From Clostridia bacterium (GTDB lineage Bacteria; Bacillota; Clostridia; Christensenellales; UBA1242): DNA of 51,551 bases. The translations under genes and the position numbers were made by a program. Under the pieces are notes generated by a model. The model saw only the letters and a program-made list of their open reading frames with translations, was not told the DNA's origin and did no database searches. Below are positions 9,569 through 19,487 of this stretch, in pieces (positions within the stretch are counted from its first letter, which is position 1; each line of letters begins with the position of its first letter). The stretch covers positions 1 to 51,551 of the forward strand of contig JBNMHN010000002.1 of the NCBI GenBank assembly GCA_050872805.1, given 5' to 3'.

Positions 9569-12355
9569 TTACCTCCAATTCAAGCCAGTATTGCGTCTGT
9601 TCGCCTCTCCGCGGAATCCAGCACTTGCCGCCACATAGCGACCAACCTTGTTTCCATCCAAGTAAACCGCTGCTTCATCAGAGCCGCTTCCAGCCCTCGA
9701 AATGTCACCATAAGCCGAAGCCATACCGCTCTTAACTCCTTGTGCCACGCTTTCACGCATAATGTCGCTCATTTGAGTGTCGTTCACAATCGTGCTAGTG
9801 CTTCCTTGTCTGCCGACCCACTCTGCGCCTTTTTCGCCAGCATAGAACAAGCCACCAGTCTGGAAACCGCCGTCTGCGTGCTCTTTTGCAGAATCTATAA
9901 GACCTTTAATACCAGCGATTCCAACGCCAACCGCTGCAGTAATAATAGGCACTGCTATGCCAACAGTGAGTGCGCCTTGATAAGCCATTACAGCCGCCGC
10001 CAACGCCGTAAATGCGCCAACGGCAAGAAATACTGCGGAAACAATTTTTTTCGTTTTACCCTCAAACTGGTCGAGAATAGCCATTCCGAGCAAAGCACCA
10101 AGAGCGAGTGTGCAAGCACTTAGCGCGAGCGTAGTGCCGTTTATCTCGCTTGCCATTTGTTTGATTCTAGGGATTCCACTTGTTATTTCGCCTTGAATAA
10201 GCGTATTCACCGCGGGATTAAGTTTGCTGCTTATTACAGAACCCAATTTTGTAAACACCCCGAGCAATTTTTCGTGTTCAAGAATAAAGTTCGCAATCTT
10301 GAAACCAGACATAACGCTCATATATGTTACTATTGCTGGGATAAGCAATTTTGTGTCGCTTAAAAATTCGACTATTTTGCCAAGTGCAGTAACAGTCTTA
10401 CCCAAGAAGTCTGTAAACTGGTAGAAAGCGTCTGGGTCTTCAATAATTGTTTTAGCAACAATTCCAGCCAAAGCGAGAATAGGACTTTTTAGCGCAAGAA
10501 CCAACTCTAATACGCCAAACAAACCGTTTTTGAAAGCGCCAACTTCACCCGCAAGAGTTTTTGTTTCTTTTGCCCACTCGGCGAATGTTCCGTTTTCATT
10601 TTCTTGAAGCCAAGTGCCATATTTGGGGTACAATATCTTCAATATGTTGTCCGCTATCTTGCGCGAATACATATTGATTGACTTCATACTTTCTTCAAAT
10701 TTTTCTATATACTCTTTATATTCTTTGTCGAAAAGTTGAGATAGCCCACCAGCCAAGTCCAAACCACCAGAACCACCAGATAATGTGTTGAACTTATCAA
10801 AACTTGCAAGAGAACCGTTTACTGCGCTTGTAAGTTTATCGTAATCGTCTACTGCGTCGTCAACGCCAGTTGCAATACCGCCATTTAGTTCTTCTGCTTG
10901 AGGAATTATCGCGCCCAGAATATCGTTTAGTGCAAGTAAAGCACCATTGATATACCAAATAGCTTTTTGTGCAATTCCAGCCGTCTTGCTTGCTTCCTCA
11001 AAACTATCTGTGAGCTTGAATGTGCCAATAAGCAAAGTTCCAACCAAACGCTTTGTGGTTTCCCACTGGTCATTCATAACGCGTTGTTGGTTCGCAAATG
11101 TGTTTATTGTTTTTGCCATATCGCCCCAAGCGTCTTTTGATTGGCGAATTAGCAATATTGTACGAGCAAGTTGTTTGTTCGCTTGTGTTAGGCTCGAACT
11201 TGAACCGCCACCTATTTCTTTAAGAAGCGCATCAATACTGCTTTCAGTGATATCAAAGCCGTATTTTCGCACTGGCTTAACTTGACCAGCAATACCGCTT
11301 GCCAAGTCGCTTGCCGCTGTTTTCATATCTACGTTGCGCAATGATGAAATATCCAGTGCCAAGTAGGTCAACGCCTGAGCCATTTGCGTGCCTGTTTCTG
11401 AAGCCTGCCCCATAGCATTAGCCATCTGCTTAAATGTGGAGACATATTGTGCGAGAGCGTTTGCGTCAAGTCCAAAATTGTTTGAAGCAGTCTTTACGAA
11501 ATCTTTTGCTTCATCAGCAGTATCTGCGAAAACTACTTCCAATAAGTTTAAGTTTTCAACCCAACTCGAAGATGCTTCTGTAAATCTCAAAACTTGATTC
11601 CAGACACGAGAAAGAATATAAACTTGAGAAACGAGTCTAAACAAGTCTATTTGTTTTATTCTGTCGCTAATTGACTTAAGTTTGTTCGGAATTTTGTCTA
11701 AATCAAGCTTTTTTGTGCTTTTGGCAATGAGCTCTTGTTGTTCCGCAGTAAGCCCAAGTTCTTTGTTTAACTGTTTTAGGTGCGCCTTGTCATTTGCTTG
11801 CGCAGTGCCAAGAAGTGAATTTTTGTATGAATTTTCCGCCTGTTGTAGGCTTAATGTAACGTCTTTTTGAGCAAGCCTTGCCATTTTGAGCCGCTCTGAC
11901 GCAGCAACAAGTCTTTTTGTCGCTTGTTCATCAACAATTTCGCCTTTTCTTGTTTTTCTGTAAACAGTAGTTCCGTCAACGCGAACATTTTTCCTTGCGT
12001 TGCCCGCTTTTGTCAATGAAACTGAGTTCCTAACACTTGCAAGGTTTTGTCGGGCAACTTTTATTTGGCTTTGAGTACGCTTGTACGCATTTTGTGCCTT
12101 TGTAATAGCCTCATATGCTTTTTGTTGACGCTCTAATGCCTTTGCAACCTTTTCATTATCTTTATAAAGGTATTGAGCCATTGACTGACTCGCTGCAATA
12201 AGGGCTTTGATGTTCTTTTTTGTTTGGCTAATTCCACGCTCTGTTTGCGTGTCAACTTTTTCAATGTCCGCTACGGCTTTTTTCAACCCAGACGAATCGT
12301 ATTTGTATGATATATCTATCTTAATACCATTGTTCTTGTTGTCTTTATCTGCCAT
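9569..12355 (-). CDS. tail tape measure protein (928 aa)
   Basis: Largest ORF; coiled-coil N-terminal half; Gly/Ala-rich hydrophobic segments; follows the tail chaperone pair. Confidence 0.85.
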   Translation of the reverse strand: MADKDNKNNGIKIDISYKYDSSGLKKAVADIEKVDTQTERGISQTKKNIKALIAASQSMAQYLYKDNEKVAKALERQQKAYEAITKAQNAYKRTQSQIKVARQNLASVRNSVSLTKAGNARKNVRVDGTTVYRKTRKGEIVDEQATKRLVAASERLKMARLAQKDVTLSLQQAENSYKNSLLGTAQANDKAHLKQLNKELGLTAEQQELIAKSTKKLDLDKIPNKLKSISDRIKQIDLFRLVSQVYILSRVWNQVLRFTEASSSWVENLNLLEVVFADTADEAKDFVKTASNNFGLDANALAQYVSTFKQMANAMGQASETGTQMAQALTYLALDISSLRNVDMKTAASDLASGIAGQVKPVRKYGFDITESSIDALLKEIGGGSSSSLTQANKQLARTILLIRQSKDAWGDMAKTINTFANQQRVMNDQWETTKRLVGTLLIGTFKLTDSFEEASKTAGIAQKAIWYINGALLALNDILGAIIPQAEELNGGIATGVDDAVDDYDKLTSAVNGSLASFDKFNTLSGGSGGLDLAGGLSQLFDKEYKEYIEKFEESMKSINMYSRKIADNILKILYPKYGTWLQENENGTFAEWAKETKTLAGEVGAFKNGLFGVLELVLALKSPILALAGIVAKTIIEDPDAFYQFTDFLGKTVTALGKIVEFLSDTKLLIPAIVTYMSVMSGFKIANFILEHEKLLGVFTKLGSVISSKLNPAVNTLIQGEITSGIPRIKQMASEINGTTLALSACTLALGALLGMAILDQFEGKTKKIVSAVFLAVGAFTALAAAVMAYQGALTVGIAVPIITAAVGVGIAGIKGLIDSAKEHADGGFQTGGLFYAGEKGAEWVGRQGSTSTIVNDTQMSDIMRESVAQGVKSGMASAYGDISRAGSGSDEAAVYLDGNKVGRYVAASAGFRGEANRRNTGLNWR

Positions 12356-12359
12356 TGCG

Positions 12360-12818
12360 TTATTCCTTAAATTTATTATTCACAGCCCGTGCCATTCGCA
12401 TAAACTTGCCCATAAGCGGGTGCGGACTGTCTATTTCAGTTTTAGCAGTTTCTTGTTGTTTTGTCAAGACATTTGGTTTGTCGGGGAAGATTTTTTTACT
12501 CGAACCTTTCTTGCCCCAAACCTCGGACATAACTTGTCGGTAAGCCAACAGATTGTATTGCCCGAACAGCCAAGCCTTGATATCGTCATCGTCGTGCTGT
12601 ATCTTTATTTTATCGACAAAAGCGTCTTGATATACGAAATAGTCTTGTGGGTCACCGAACCAAAATTCGGCACTTGACATTCCATAGGTGAGAGCACACT
12701 TGAACATATTGTCGAAAAACTCAACTACGTCAAGCACGCTCTCATCTTCTGGTTCGCCGTTTATTTCAGACTCATCTTGACTTTCGCTTTCTTTTCGCTT
12801 CTGTCGGCGGTAAAACCC
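12360..12818 (-). CDS. -1 frame extension of tail assembly chaperone (GT-type fusion product)
   Basis: The -1 frame is open from about 12845 through track ORF 12360..12737 and overlaps the 3' end of 12761..13180; slippery GGGTTTT at 12818-12812. Confidence 0.5.
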   Translation of the reverse strand, partial: GFYRRQKRKESESQDESEINGEPEDESVLDVVEFFDNMFKCALTYGMSSAEFWFGDPQDYFVYQDAFVDKIKIQHDDDDIKAWLFGQYNLLAYRQVMSEVWGKKGSSKKIFPDKPNVLTKQQETAKTEIDSPHPLMGKFMRMARAVNNKFKE

Positions 12819-13180
12819 AGCATTGCGAATTGGAAAATCGCGTAATTAAACTCGTCGTCGACCTCATTGTCAACAATGTACTTGTAGAACGCGTCGAGGT
12901 CAATATTTTCGCCAGCAAGTTCAAGCATTTTGGGGAGTACATATGCAACATATTTCGGAGTTACTTCCTCTATTATGTCGTTTGCCTCCAATAGGTCTGT
13001 GAACGCAGAAATATCTTCAAGTGCATCAACGTTCCCGCTATACTTGCTGTTGCGTGCAACAACTTTCCAAAGGCTGGGGAATTGTTTGAACCCGTCCAAG
13101 ACGATTTGTCTGTTGATTGCTACGTCGAAGTCGTACTCTCCGACAGAGCAGTGTTTAGTGTTTTTTCTCAAAGTTTCCAT
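12761..13180 (-). CDS. tail assembly chaperone (G-like, 139 aa)
   Basis: Acidic small ORF between the major tail and tape measure genes. Confidence 0.6.
   Translation of the reverse strand: METLRKNTKHCSVGEYDFDVAINRQIVLDGFKQFPSLWKVVARNSKYSGNVDALEDISAFTDLLEANDIIEEVTPKYVAYVLPKMLELAGENIDLDAFYKYIVDNEVDDEFNYAIFQFAMLGFTADRSEKKAKVKMSLK
12812..12818 (-). promoter_or_regulatory. candidate -1 programmed frameshift heptamer G GGT TTT
   Basis: X XXY YYZ pattern in the zero frame of the G-like gene (ctG GGT TTT acc), 17 codons before its stop. Confidence 0.5.
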
Positions 13181-13218
13181 ATATTCCTCCTAACAGTTGT
13201 TTGAGATTCGTTTTGTTG

Positions 13219-13701
13219 TTATGCAGCGGGCTTCTCGTAGGTAATCGGTGTCGAGGGTGAAATGCTTATTGTGCAAGAAACAACCTCGTCAACGCCGCCG
13301 CCATTAACCCAAATTGAAAGCTGACCAGTCCATTTTGCGCGAAGAAGAACAGTACCGCCCTCTGCTTCGCCTGCTTTTCCTGTTCCAGTCGGGTCTTTTA
13401 CGAAGTCAATAGCGAACTCGTGAGAATCGCTCGTTGAGTCGTAAGTCTTTTTAATATACAGGAACGAGCCTTTTGTGGTTTCATCGCCAAAGTAAAGGTT
13501 GGTCGTAAATGTAAGAGCGTCCATAGACTGAATACCCTCAATGTAGGTGTGAGCCTTGTCGCCGAGAGTCGTTGTTTGCAACATTTCTGGTTCTCCGCCG
13601 AGGTCAGGAAAATCCGTAATGGGGCAAAGAATTTCGTAGTCGGTCGCTTTTACTTTCAAATAAGTGCCGTATGTTGATTTTACAGAAACAGTATCTGGCA
13701 T
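13219..13701 (-). CDS. major tail protein (160 aa)
   Basis: Position upstream of the chaperone pair; DFPDLGGEPEMLQTTTLGD motif resembles phi13/TP901-type major tail proteins. Confidence 0.65.
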   Translation of the reverse strand: MPDTVSVKSTYGTYLKVKATDYEILCPITDFPDLGGEPEMLQTTTLGDKAHTYIEGIQSMDALTFTTNLYFGDETTKGSFLYIKKTYDSTSDSHEFAIDFVKDPTGTGKAGEAEGGTVLLRAKWTGQLSIWVNGGGVDEVVSCTISISPSTPITYEKPAA

Positions 13702-13712
13702 TGTAATCTCCT

Positions 13713-14159
13713 TTATCTATAAAAGATTTTGTTTTTATTATCAAAAATTGTGTAGCCCTCGATTCTGCGCCTATAAATGCTTTCGTCTGGGCTTTCCAAC
13801 TGTTGGTTCATAGTTATGTGCGGGTTAATTGCTTGTTTAAGCGCGGTCATAAGTTGTTTGTTAATTGCGAGTCCTATTTCACGCTTCGTTTTTTTGCCCG
13901 CTTCTTGGTTATAACACTCGACCTCAAATTCGACGTCTGTGTATTGCTCGTCGCCAGAATTATCGTAAGTGCCATCTGCTTGTGTGCAATCAGATACTCC
14001 AACGTAGACAACGGGGAATGAAGTTTGCTCACCAAAATTCTCGTCGACAATTTTCATATTCTTGCCACCAAAAATAGTGCGCCACTCTGGGCTTTTGAAC
14101 GCATTTTTCACAACGCTTTTCAAATAGTCTATTACTTCTTGCTCGTCGAATACTATCAT
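13713..14159 (-). CDS. tail terminator / completion protein candidate
   Basis: 148-aa ORF between neck genes and the major tail gene; call by position only. Confidence 0.4.
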   Translation of the reverse strand: MIVFDEQEVIDYLKSVVKNAFKSPEWRTIFGGKNMKIVDENFGEQTSFPVVYVGVSDCTQADGTYDNSGDEQYTDVEFEVECYNQEAGKKTKREIGLAINKQLMTALKQAINPHITMNQQLESPDESIYRRRIEGYTIFDNKNKIFYR

Positions 14160-14722
14160 TTCTTGTATCTGTATATTGCTGTATTTATGTTTCGGCTAAA
14201 ATACTTGTTCCAATTTCTTCGGATAAATATTCTTGCTTTACGCATATAGTGTGCTGGTTTACTCCAGTTTGTTACGCCAATCCAACCTTTTTTCGGGCTG
14301 AAATACTTGTATGGCGGGATTCTGCTTCCACTAACACGGCTTCGGCTGTCAAGTTCTCGAATTGGGGACGGGTCGGCTGGTGTTGTCGGGTAACGCCAAG
14401 TTCTTTTTGCCCCATATGTACCTGCCCCATATTCTGCGAAGTACATATTTTCGGAAACTGTTTTTGTCGTGTTCCTTACTGGCGCGGCTACCTCGTACCC
14501 ATTTGGTATCTTGCGAAGTCCAATCTCATCAACGAGGTTAAGACCATATCTTTGCGTGAACCCAACAGTATTAGCAACGAGTGCCAGTTGAAATTGTGCT
14601 TCAGTTACGGCTTCTTGACCTAGTTGCTGAATCGAGTTGTCGGCAGCTTCAACAATGTCTTTGTCGAGATTTTGTAATGACTTCACGACTTTTGTTGTGC
14701 CTTTGACAAATTTGTTGCTCAT
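14156..14722 (-). CDS. neck/tail component candidate (HK97 gp10-like by position)
   Basis: 188-aa ORF overlapping neighbours by 4 nt; call by position. Confidence 0.4.
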   Translation of the reverse strand: MSNKFVKGTTKVVKSLQNLDKDIVEAADNSIQQLGQEAVTEAQFQLALVANTVGFTQRYGLNLVDEIGLRKIPNGYEVAAPVRNTTKTVSENMYFAEYGAGTYGAKRTWRYPTTPADPSPIRELDSRSRVSGSRIPPYKYFSPKKGWIGVTNWSKPAHYMRKARIFIRRNWNKYFSRNINTAIYRYKK

Positions 14723-15297
14723 TTCAGTTCTACCGTGTATTCAATGTTGCCGTTCACTTCTTCTTTGTCTACAAGCTTCATTAAAAACTCGGTGTCGTTC
14801 GTATCTTCGGGTTCATCATACCAAAGTTTTGTGTCGAAGTCAATAGGCAAATACATATTTATTGGGACGATGAATTTTAGATTTTCGAGGTCATCGACTG
14901 CCATAAATCTCAAAACTTCACCGTTGTGTTCGTAGTAAAATTCTGATTTGTTCGTCGCCGTGCTTCTACAAGAAAACTGAAGTTGCCCGTTTCTGCGTTC
15001 TGGCGATGAAATAATCTCATAGTCTGGCTTGTCGTCGCTCGTTCTGGGAGTCATTTTGAGCCAAACTCTCGTGTATTCATCAATTAACGATGTGTTCTCG
15101 TCTGCGTTCACTATAAACTGAACGTCGTATGATGTTTCAGTACCCATTCGGCTGTCAAAAGCAGTGCCAGACTTGTCGGCAACAAACGCGCTAACGCTTT
15201 TTACCTCACCAAACACTTCTTGGTTCTTGGAGTTAATTCCGAGCCTGTAAGCGTAGTAGATGGTGGAACAGTCTTTTAATGCCAATCTTCTTGCCAT
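14719..15297 (-). CDS. head closure / neck protein candidate (192 aa)
   Basis: Track ORF 14719..15336 trimmed to ATG 15297 (MARRLALKD), just after the upstream stop at 15299. Confidence 0.4.
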   Translation of the reverse strand: MARRLALKDCSTIYYAYRLGINSKNQEVFGEVKSVSAFVADKSGTAFDSRMGTETSYDVQFIVNADENTSLIDEYTRVWLKMTPRTSDDKPDYEIISSPERRNGQLQFSCRSTATNKSEFYYEHNGEVLRFMAVDDLENLKFIVPINMYLPIDFDTKLWYDEPEDTNDTEFLMKLVDKEEVNGNIEYTVELK

Positions 15298-15298
15298 A

Positions 15299-15652
15299 TT
15301 AGTCGGGGTACTTGGTTCTGTCGGCGGGGTAAACATACCCAGTCGGTTTTATATATTGCGGGAAGTTAGCTACAATGAAGCTCGCAATAACGTCAGTATT
15401 GTCAAACGAGTCAGAAACGCTCAATGAACTGCGGGAGGTTGAACCCTCTGTGCCGATGTTGTTATAGAGCATTGCAACGCACCTAACCAGTTTTTTGTCC
15501 CAGACCGTGTTGTATGAGTCGGCGTTGGTATATTGCATAATGCTTTGGAACGCGTCATCAATGAGGTCTTCGAGCAAAAACTCATTATCGTCGCCTGCAA
15601 GTTCTGGAACGCGCCTTATAGTCATTTCTTTAATATTATCAAGCCAACTCAT
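15299..15652 (-). CDS. head-tail connector (gp6-like adaptor) candidate
   Basis: 117 aa; acidic helical N-terminus (LLEDLIDDAFQSIMQYTN) typical of head-tail adaptors; position after the capsid gene. Confidence 0.5.
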   Translation of the reverse strand: MSWLDNIKEMTIRRVPELAGDDNEFLLEDLIDDAFQSIMQYTNADSYNTVWDKKLVRCVAMLYNNIGTEGSTSRSSLSVSDSFDNTDVIASFIVANFPQYIKPTGYVYPADRTKYPD

Positions 15653-15890
15653 TTTTTACAGTCTGTTTTTTGCCTTTCTTGGGCGTGTGTTGTATATCAT
15701 TCTCCCCGTTTGGTTTTTCCACCCGTTCTGGCGCAGGAGTTTCTACGCCAGTCGGGGTTAAGTCGACAACTGCGGGAGCGATGTGTTGCCACTCGTTGTC
15801 CGAAATGTCAACTGTTCGCACCGCTCCCCGTCGGAGGAATATGCCGTTGGAGAGTACGACATCGTTTTTTGGTTTGACCACTCTAATCAT
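15639..15890 (-). CDS. hypothetical protein (83 aa)
   Basis: ORF track; overlaps the capsid gene stop by 1 nt. Confidence 0.4.
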   Translation of the reverse strand: MIRVVKPKNDVVLSNGIFLRRGAVRTVDISDNEWQHIAPAVVDLTPTGVETPAPERVEKPNGENDIQHTPKKGKKQTVKNELA

Positions 15891-16906
15891 TACGCTTCAG
15901 TCGTGAGGTTCGCAATGAACATCTTGTTGATTGCAATCGGGGCGGGCAAATACATACCAGTTGCTTTCGTCCACGTGACTGCGGGGTCGTCTTGTGCCCA
16001 CATAGTGAGCGTGCAGAGCGAAGATTCTTTGATGTTGTGACCAACTTTGTCGCGGAGTTGGATTTCCTCGGGCGTTACGCCGAAGAAGCCTCTGCCAAGA
16101 GAACCTTTCGTCGAGAGGAAGCAAATTGCCTTTTCGTCGAAGAAACGTTTGGTCGTGGCGTCATTGACGTTGACTTTGTACACATCGTCGTTCACAACGA
16201 ACTCAATGCCGTAGTAGTCGTTAATCCACGCAAGCAATGAAGTTTGTGTAAGCGGAGCGGTCTTGTCTTTCCAGAACGACTTTATTTCGGTGTTAGCGAG
16301 CATATAGCCGATAACAGTCGAAGAAGTAATTGCTCTGACAATCCTGAAGCCTTTTGCTTGGGATTTCTTTTGAACGCTGTTGAGGTCTGCGAGGATGCCG
16401 TGTGCGGGTTTTTCCCAGCCAGAGAACGTAAGTTTGTTGTCTGCCTTGAAGCCGTAGTCGACGGTGTATTTCGCATTGTTTTCTTCAACCGTGATTTTAC
16501 CAGTTGAGAGAAGTTCCATATTGGCGACTTCAGTTCTGGTGATAACGCGGGAGAGGAGGTTTGCTGCGTCGTTGAAAATGTAACGCACAACTCCGTCTTG
16601 GTTGCCACCATTGCGGAGGAAGTAGGCGACTCTTTCGGAAACGGGAAGTTTCTCTTTGATGAGAAGTTTCTCGAGTTCGACTTTTTGGAAGTTCGGGCGT
16701 TCGCCAATTCTTGCCTCGGTGTCAAGAGCGTGTACTTGCGCCATCACGGGGAGTTCGCCGCCCTCAACGAGTTGCTCGTAAGAAATTTTCGGGTTTTCGG
16801 TCTTTACAGGAGTAAAGAGTTTTTGTCCCATATAATTTCTGTTGTAAGAATAACTTTCGGTAAATTCCGCGAGTTCTTGCGGTTTAATGAGACTCAATAC
16901 GTCCAT
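15890..16906 (-). CDS. major capsid protein (338 aa)
   Basis: Size and position after the scaffold gene and a small decoration-like gene (lambda D/E-like arrangement). Confidence 0.75.
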   Translation of the reverse strand: MDVLSLIKPQELAEFTESYSYNRNYMGQKLFTPVKTENPKISYEQLVEGGELPVMAQVHALDTEARIGERPNFQKVELEKLLIKEKLPVSERVAYFLRNGGNQDGVVRYIFNDAANLLSRVITRTEVANMELLSTGKITVEENNAKYTVDYGFKADNKLTFSGWEKPAHGILADLNSVQKKSQAKGFRIVRAITSSTVIGYMLANTEIKSFWKDKTAPLTQTSLLAWINDYYGIEFVVNDDVYKVNVNDATTKRFFDEKAICFLSTKGSLGRGFFGVTPEEIQLRDKVGHNIKESSLCTLTMWAQDDPAVTWTKATGMYLPAPIAINKMFIANLTTEA

Positions 16907-16909
16907 ACA

Positions 16910-17257
16910 TTACACCTCCACCGTACCAAAGTCGGGTCTAACTACTGCGCCCTCTGCGATTGCGTAGAGACCTTGTTTTGCAAATGCTTCTGCTTGCGCT
17001 GCCGCGCTTGCAGGGAGTTTTGCGTCGATATAGCTGCCGCGAACCATAAGACTGCCGATTCTATCACCGTCCGTGATGTCCACGTCGTTGAAAAGAAGTC
17101 CAGCATACGGAGACGCGAAGATTGAACCAGCTTTGACAATCTTTCTGCCATTTTCTGTAACAGCACCACTCGCGGAAGCGGGAACGGTAATGGTCTTGAG
17201 AACCAAACCTACTTCACTGCCGAGAAAATTGGGTCTGTTGAGAACGTAATTTTCCAT
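16910..17257 (-). CDS. head decoration-like protein candidate (115 aa)
   Basis: Small Gly/Ala-rich ORF directly upstream of the capsid gene. Confidence 0.45.
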   Translation of the reverse strand: MENYVLNRPNFLGSEVGLVLKTITVPASASGAVTENGRKIVKAGSIFASPYAGLLFNDVDITDGDRIGSLMVRGSYIDAKLPASAAAQAEAFAKQGLYAIAEGAVVRPDFGTVEV

Positions 17258-17288
17258 ATTGGTATGCTCCTATATTAGTATTTTTGTT

Positions 17289-17858
17289 TTATATTTTGAC
17301 GTCAGTTGAATCGCCTTTCAAATCGACATATCCACCTGCTGTCGGTTGTGTTGAAAACTCTTTTGCCAGTTTACTTGCGACACTTTCTCCGCCGCTACCG
17401 TCGCCATCTTTCGGTCTGCTTCCAGAGGTTTGGAATTCCTCTGTGAGTTTTTTCTTGTACTCCTCGTTTGCGGTTCTTCTCGCTTCTGCAAACTTTTGTG
17501 CGGTTTCGATGTTCTTGTCTGAATCATCGCCTATGAGAGTCGTGAGATATTCTATTTCCGCGTCAGAAATGCCAGCGTCTTTGTAAATAGTGGTAATTCT
17601 CTGCTTGTCGAAATCTCTCTTTTGCTGTGCGAACGCTTCCATATCCTTTTTCAGCTTTTCTTCTGCCGTGAGTTTTGCTTCTTCCTCAAGTTTTGCTTTG
17701 AGTTCTTTTTCAATCTCGCCACGAAGTTTTTGTTCTGCGTTCTTACGAGCCGTGTCGCTTGCTTGGGTTCTTTCTCTGTCGAGTGCGGAAGTAAATGCCG
17801 CGTCATCGTACTCAAAAGTTCCGTCACTGTTTTGCTTGATAAAATCTTTAAGGTTCAT
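17289..17858 (-). CDS. capsid scaffolding protein
   Basis: Highly charged coiled-coil (KLRGEIEKELKAKLEEEAKLTAEEKLKKDMEAF) between portal and capsid; start set at ATG 17858 (MNLKDF) with a GGAGGAG RBS. Confidence 0.7.
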   Translation of the reverse strand: MNLKDFIKQNSDGTFEYDDAAFTSALDRERTQASDTARKNAEQKLRGEIEKELKAKLEEEAKLTAEEKLKKDMEAFAQQKRDFDKQRITTIYKDAGISDAEIEYLTTLIGDDSDKNIETAQKFAEARRTANEEYKKKLTEEFQTSGSRPKDGDGSGGESVASKLAKEFSTQPTAGGYVDLKGDSTDVKI

Positions 17859-17882
17859 TGTCTCTCCTCCAACAAAGTCCAA

Positions 17883-19427
17883 TTAGTTTTGTCCGTCGTT
17901 TTTGTCGCCGTCCGAGCTATTGTCCTGTGTTGTACTTGATGTATTTGTATTTTGATTTTTACCTAAATATTCGTCGATTTCTTCTTTCGACTTAATGTTG
18001 TTTTCGTGAACTTCCGCTGGGTCTGTAACAGCGTTTGATGCAATAAGCGAATCCAAGTCGTTCATACCAGCGTTCTTAAACGTTGCATATGCCGTGCTTG
18101 CCGACAATGGGTCGTCACTCAACGAACGCACGAACTTGTTGCGAACATCAAACGGTGTCAAGTTACTCAACTTATCTTTACCGCTTGTTAGGTTGTGCGA
18201 GTATGAAATGCAAATACCAACGAACTCGGTTTCTGCCTTGTCCATTTTAGGTATAATCATTCCAGCATTATTTTCGAGGTCGCGGAATCCGTTTCTATAA
18301 ACTACAGCTTTACCAGTGTCGTGTCCACCACCACTTCTCTCTGCCCTGCTTGGTATGCCAGCAGTCGTTTCAATAAGTTGGTCAATATAGTCACAAAGTA
18401 CTTGGACGCCAGTCTGGTCGAGCGGGTTCTTCAAAATGTCTACTTTTGGCGGGTTTTTAGCGTCTTTTTGTGTCAACGCAAATACTCTGTCGCTTATAGC
18501 TGTCTTTTTATCTTCTTCGTTTTCAAAGTCGCAGTTAATGAGCAACAAAACATAGTCGACTATTTGTTGGACGTCATCAAGTCGGTTGCTGACAAGTTGG
18601 TTTTTGAACGTGAACAAGTCTTTGCAAATTTCCCAGTCGCCCTTGCGGAACGCATTTCTTTCGACTTCAACAAGCGGGATTCTGCCTATTGTGTTTGGTT
18701 CTGCGTCATACACTCTACCATTAATCTCGACTGGCAATAACTTAAAACCAGTTTGGCTCATTGAATCTTCAACAAGTCTATACTTATAGTATTTCGTCCA
18801 AACAGTGTATTCTTTGCCATCAAATTGGTTATCTTTGTCGTAATGATTGCCGATTATTACGCCAAGTACTTTTTCGCCTATAATAGAAGTATTGTATACG
18901 CAAAATGCGGACTGCGGGTTGATAAACTTGTTGTTAATTACGAACGGAACACCGCTGTATTCCAACTCCTCTTTGTTTGAGGGAAGCGAAAGTTTATAAC
19001 CGAGTCCACATACACTGGAAGAAAGCGTCGCCATAATAGTTGAGTCGTGGTTGCCTCTAAAATCGAGGAATTCGCTCAATATTTCCACTTCTTTTTGCTT
19101 GTTGCTTTCCTTATCTGTTTGTCTTGAAACGTACTTAATTGGCTCGCCAAAGCAATACGAATTAATGGTTCTTGTGACAGCCCAAGCGTCGTCAACAGTA
19201 AGTTTGTTGCTGATGTCGTTGCGTTGCTTTTTGTCTTTCGACCAATAAGATGAGTCATTGAAGAAAATTCTAAACAATTCGTCTTCGTCTTGCACGTTTT
19301 GTTGGTGCACTGGAAGCACGTCATTGAGAATCTGCATAACCGTTAGCGCGTCAACAGCAGCATTGCCAGTCAACTCTCGGTTCGTGCATATGATTTTTCT
19401 ACCACAATACTTTGTATCCAACGCCAA
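17883..19427 (-). CDS. portal protein (514 aa)
   Basis: Size, position next to the terminase genes, acidic C-terminal tail. Confidence 0.8.
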   Translation of the reverse strand: MALDTKYCGRKIICTNRELTGNAAVDALTVMQILNDVLPVHQQNVQDEDELFRIFFNDSSYWSKDKKQRNDISNKLTVDDAWAVTRTINSYCFGEPIKYVSRQTDKESNKQKEVEILSEFLDFRGNHDSTIMATLSSSVCGLGYKLSLPSNKEELEYSGVPFVINNKFINPQSAFCVYNTSIIGEKVLGVIIGNHYDKDNQFDGKEYTVWTKYYKYRLVEDSMSQTGFKLLPVEINGRVYDAEPNTIGRIPLVEVERNAFRKGDWEICKDLFTFKNQLVSNRLDDVQQIVDYVLLLINCDFENEEDKKTAISDRVFALTQKDAKNPPKVDILKNPLDQTGVQVLCDYIDQLIETTAGIPSRAERSGGGHDTGKAVVYRNGFRDLENNAGMIIPKMDKAETEFVGICISYSHNLTSGKDKLSNLTPFDVRNKFVRSLSDDPLSASTAYATFKNAGMNDLDSLIASNAVTDPAEVHENNIKSKEEIDEYLGKNQNTNTSSTTQDNSSDGDKNDGQN

Positions 19428-19487
19428 AATTCAACCTCGCTTGGTTCTTGTCTTAAAAATAGCACCTTTTTTTTATGTTGTCAACAC

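Noticed and set aside
9506-10123. 205-aa plus-strand ORF, and similar plus-strand ORFs at 4412..4924, 5927..6436, 12207..12677 and 16598..17125
   Set aside because: These are shadow ORFs antisense to long, well-supported structural genes. They have no RBS and low-complexity or Cys/Phe-rich products.
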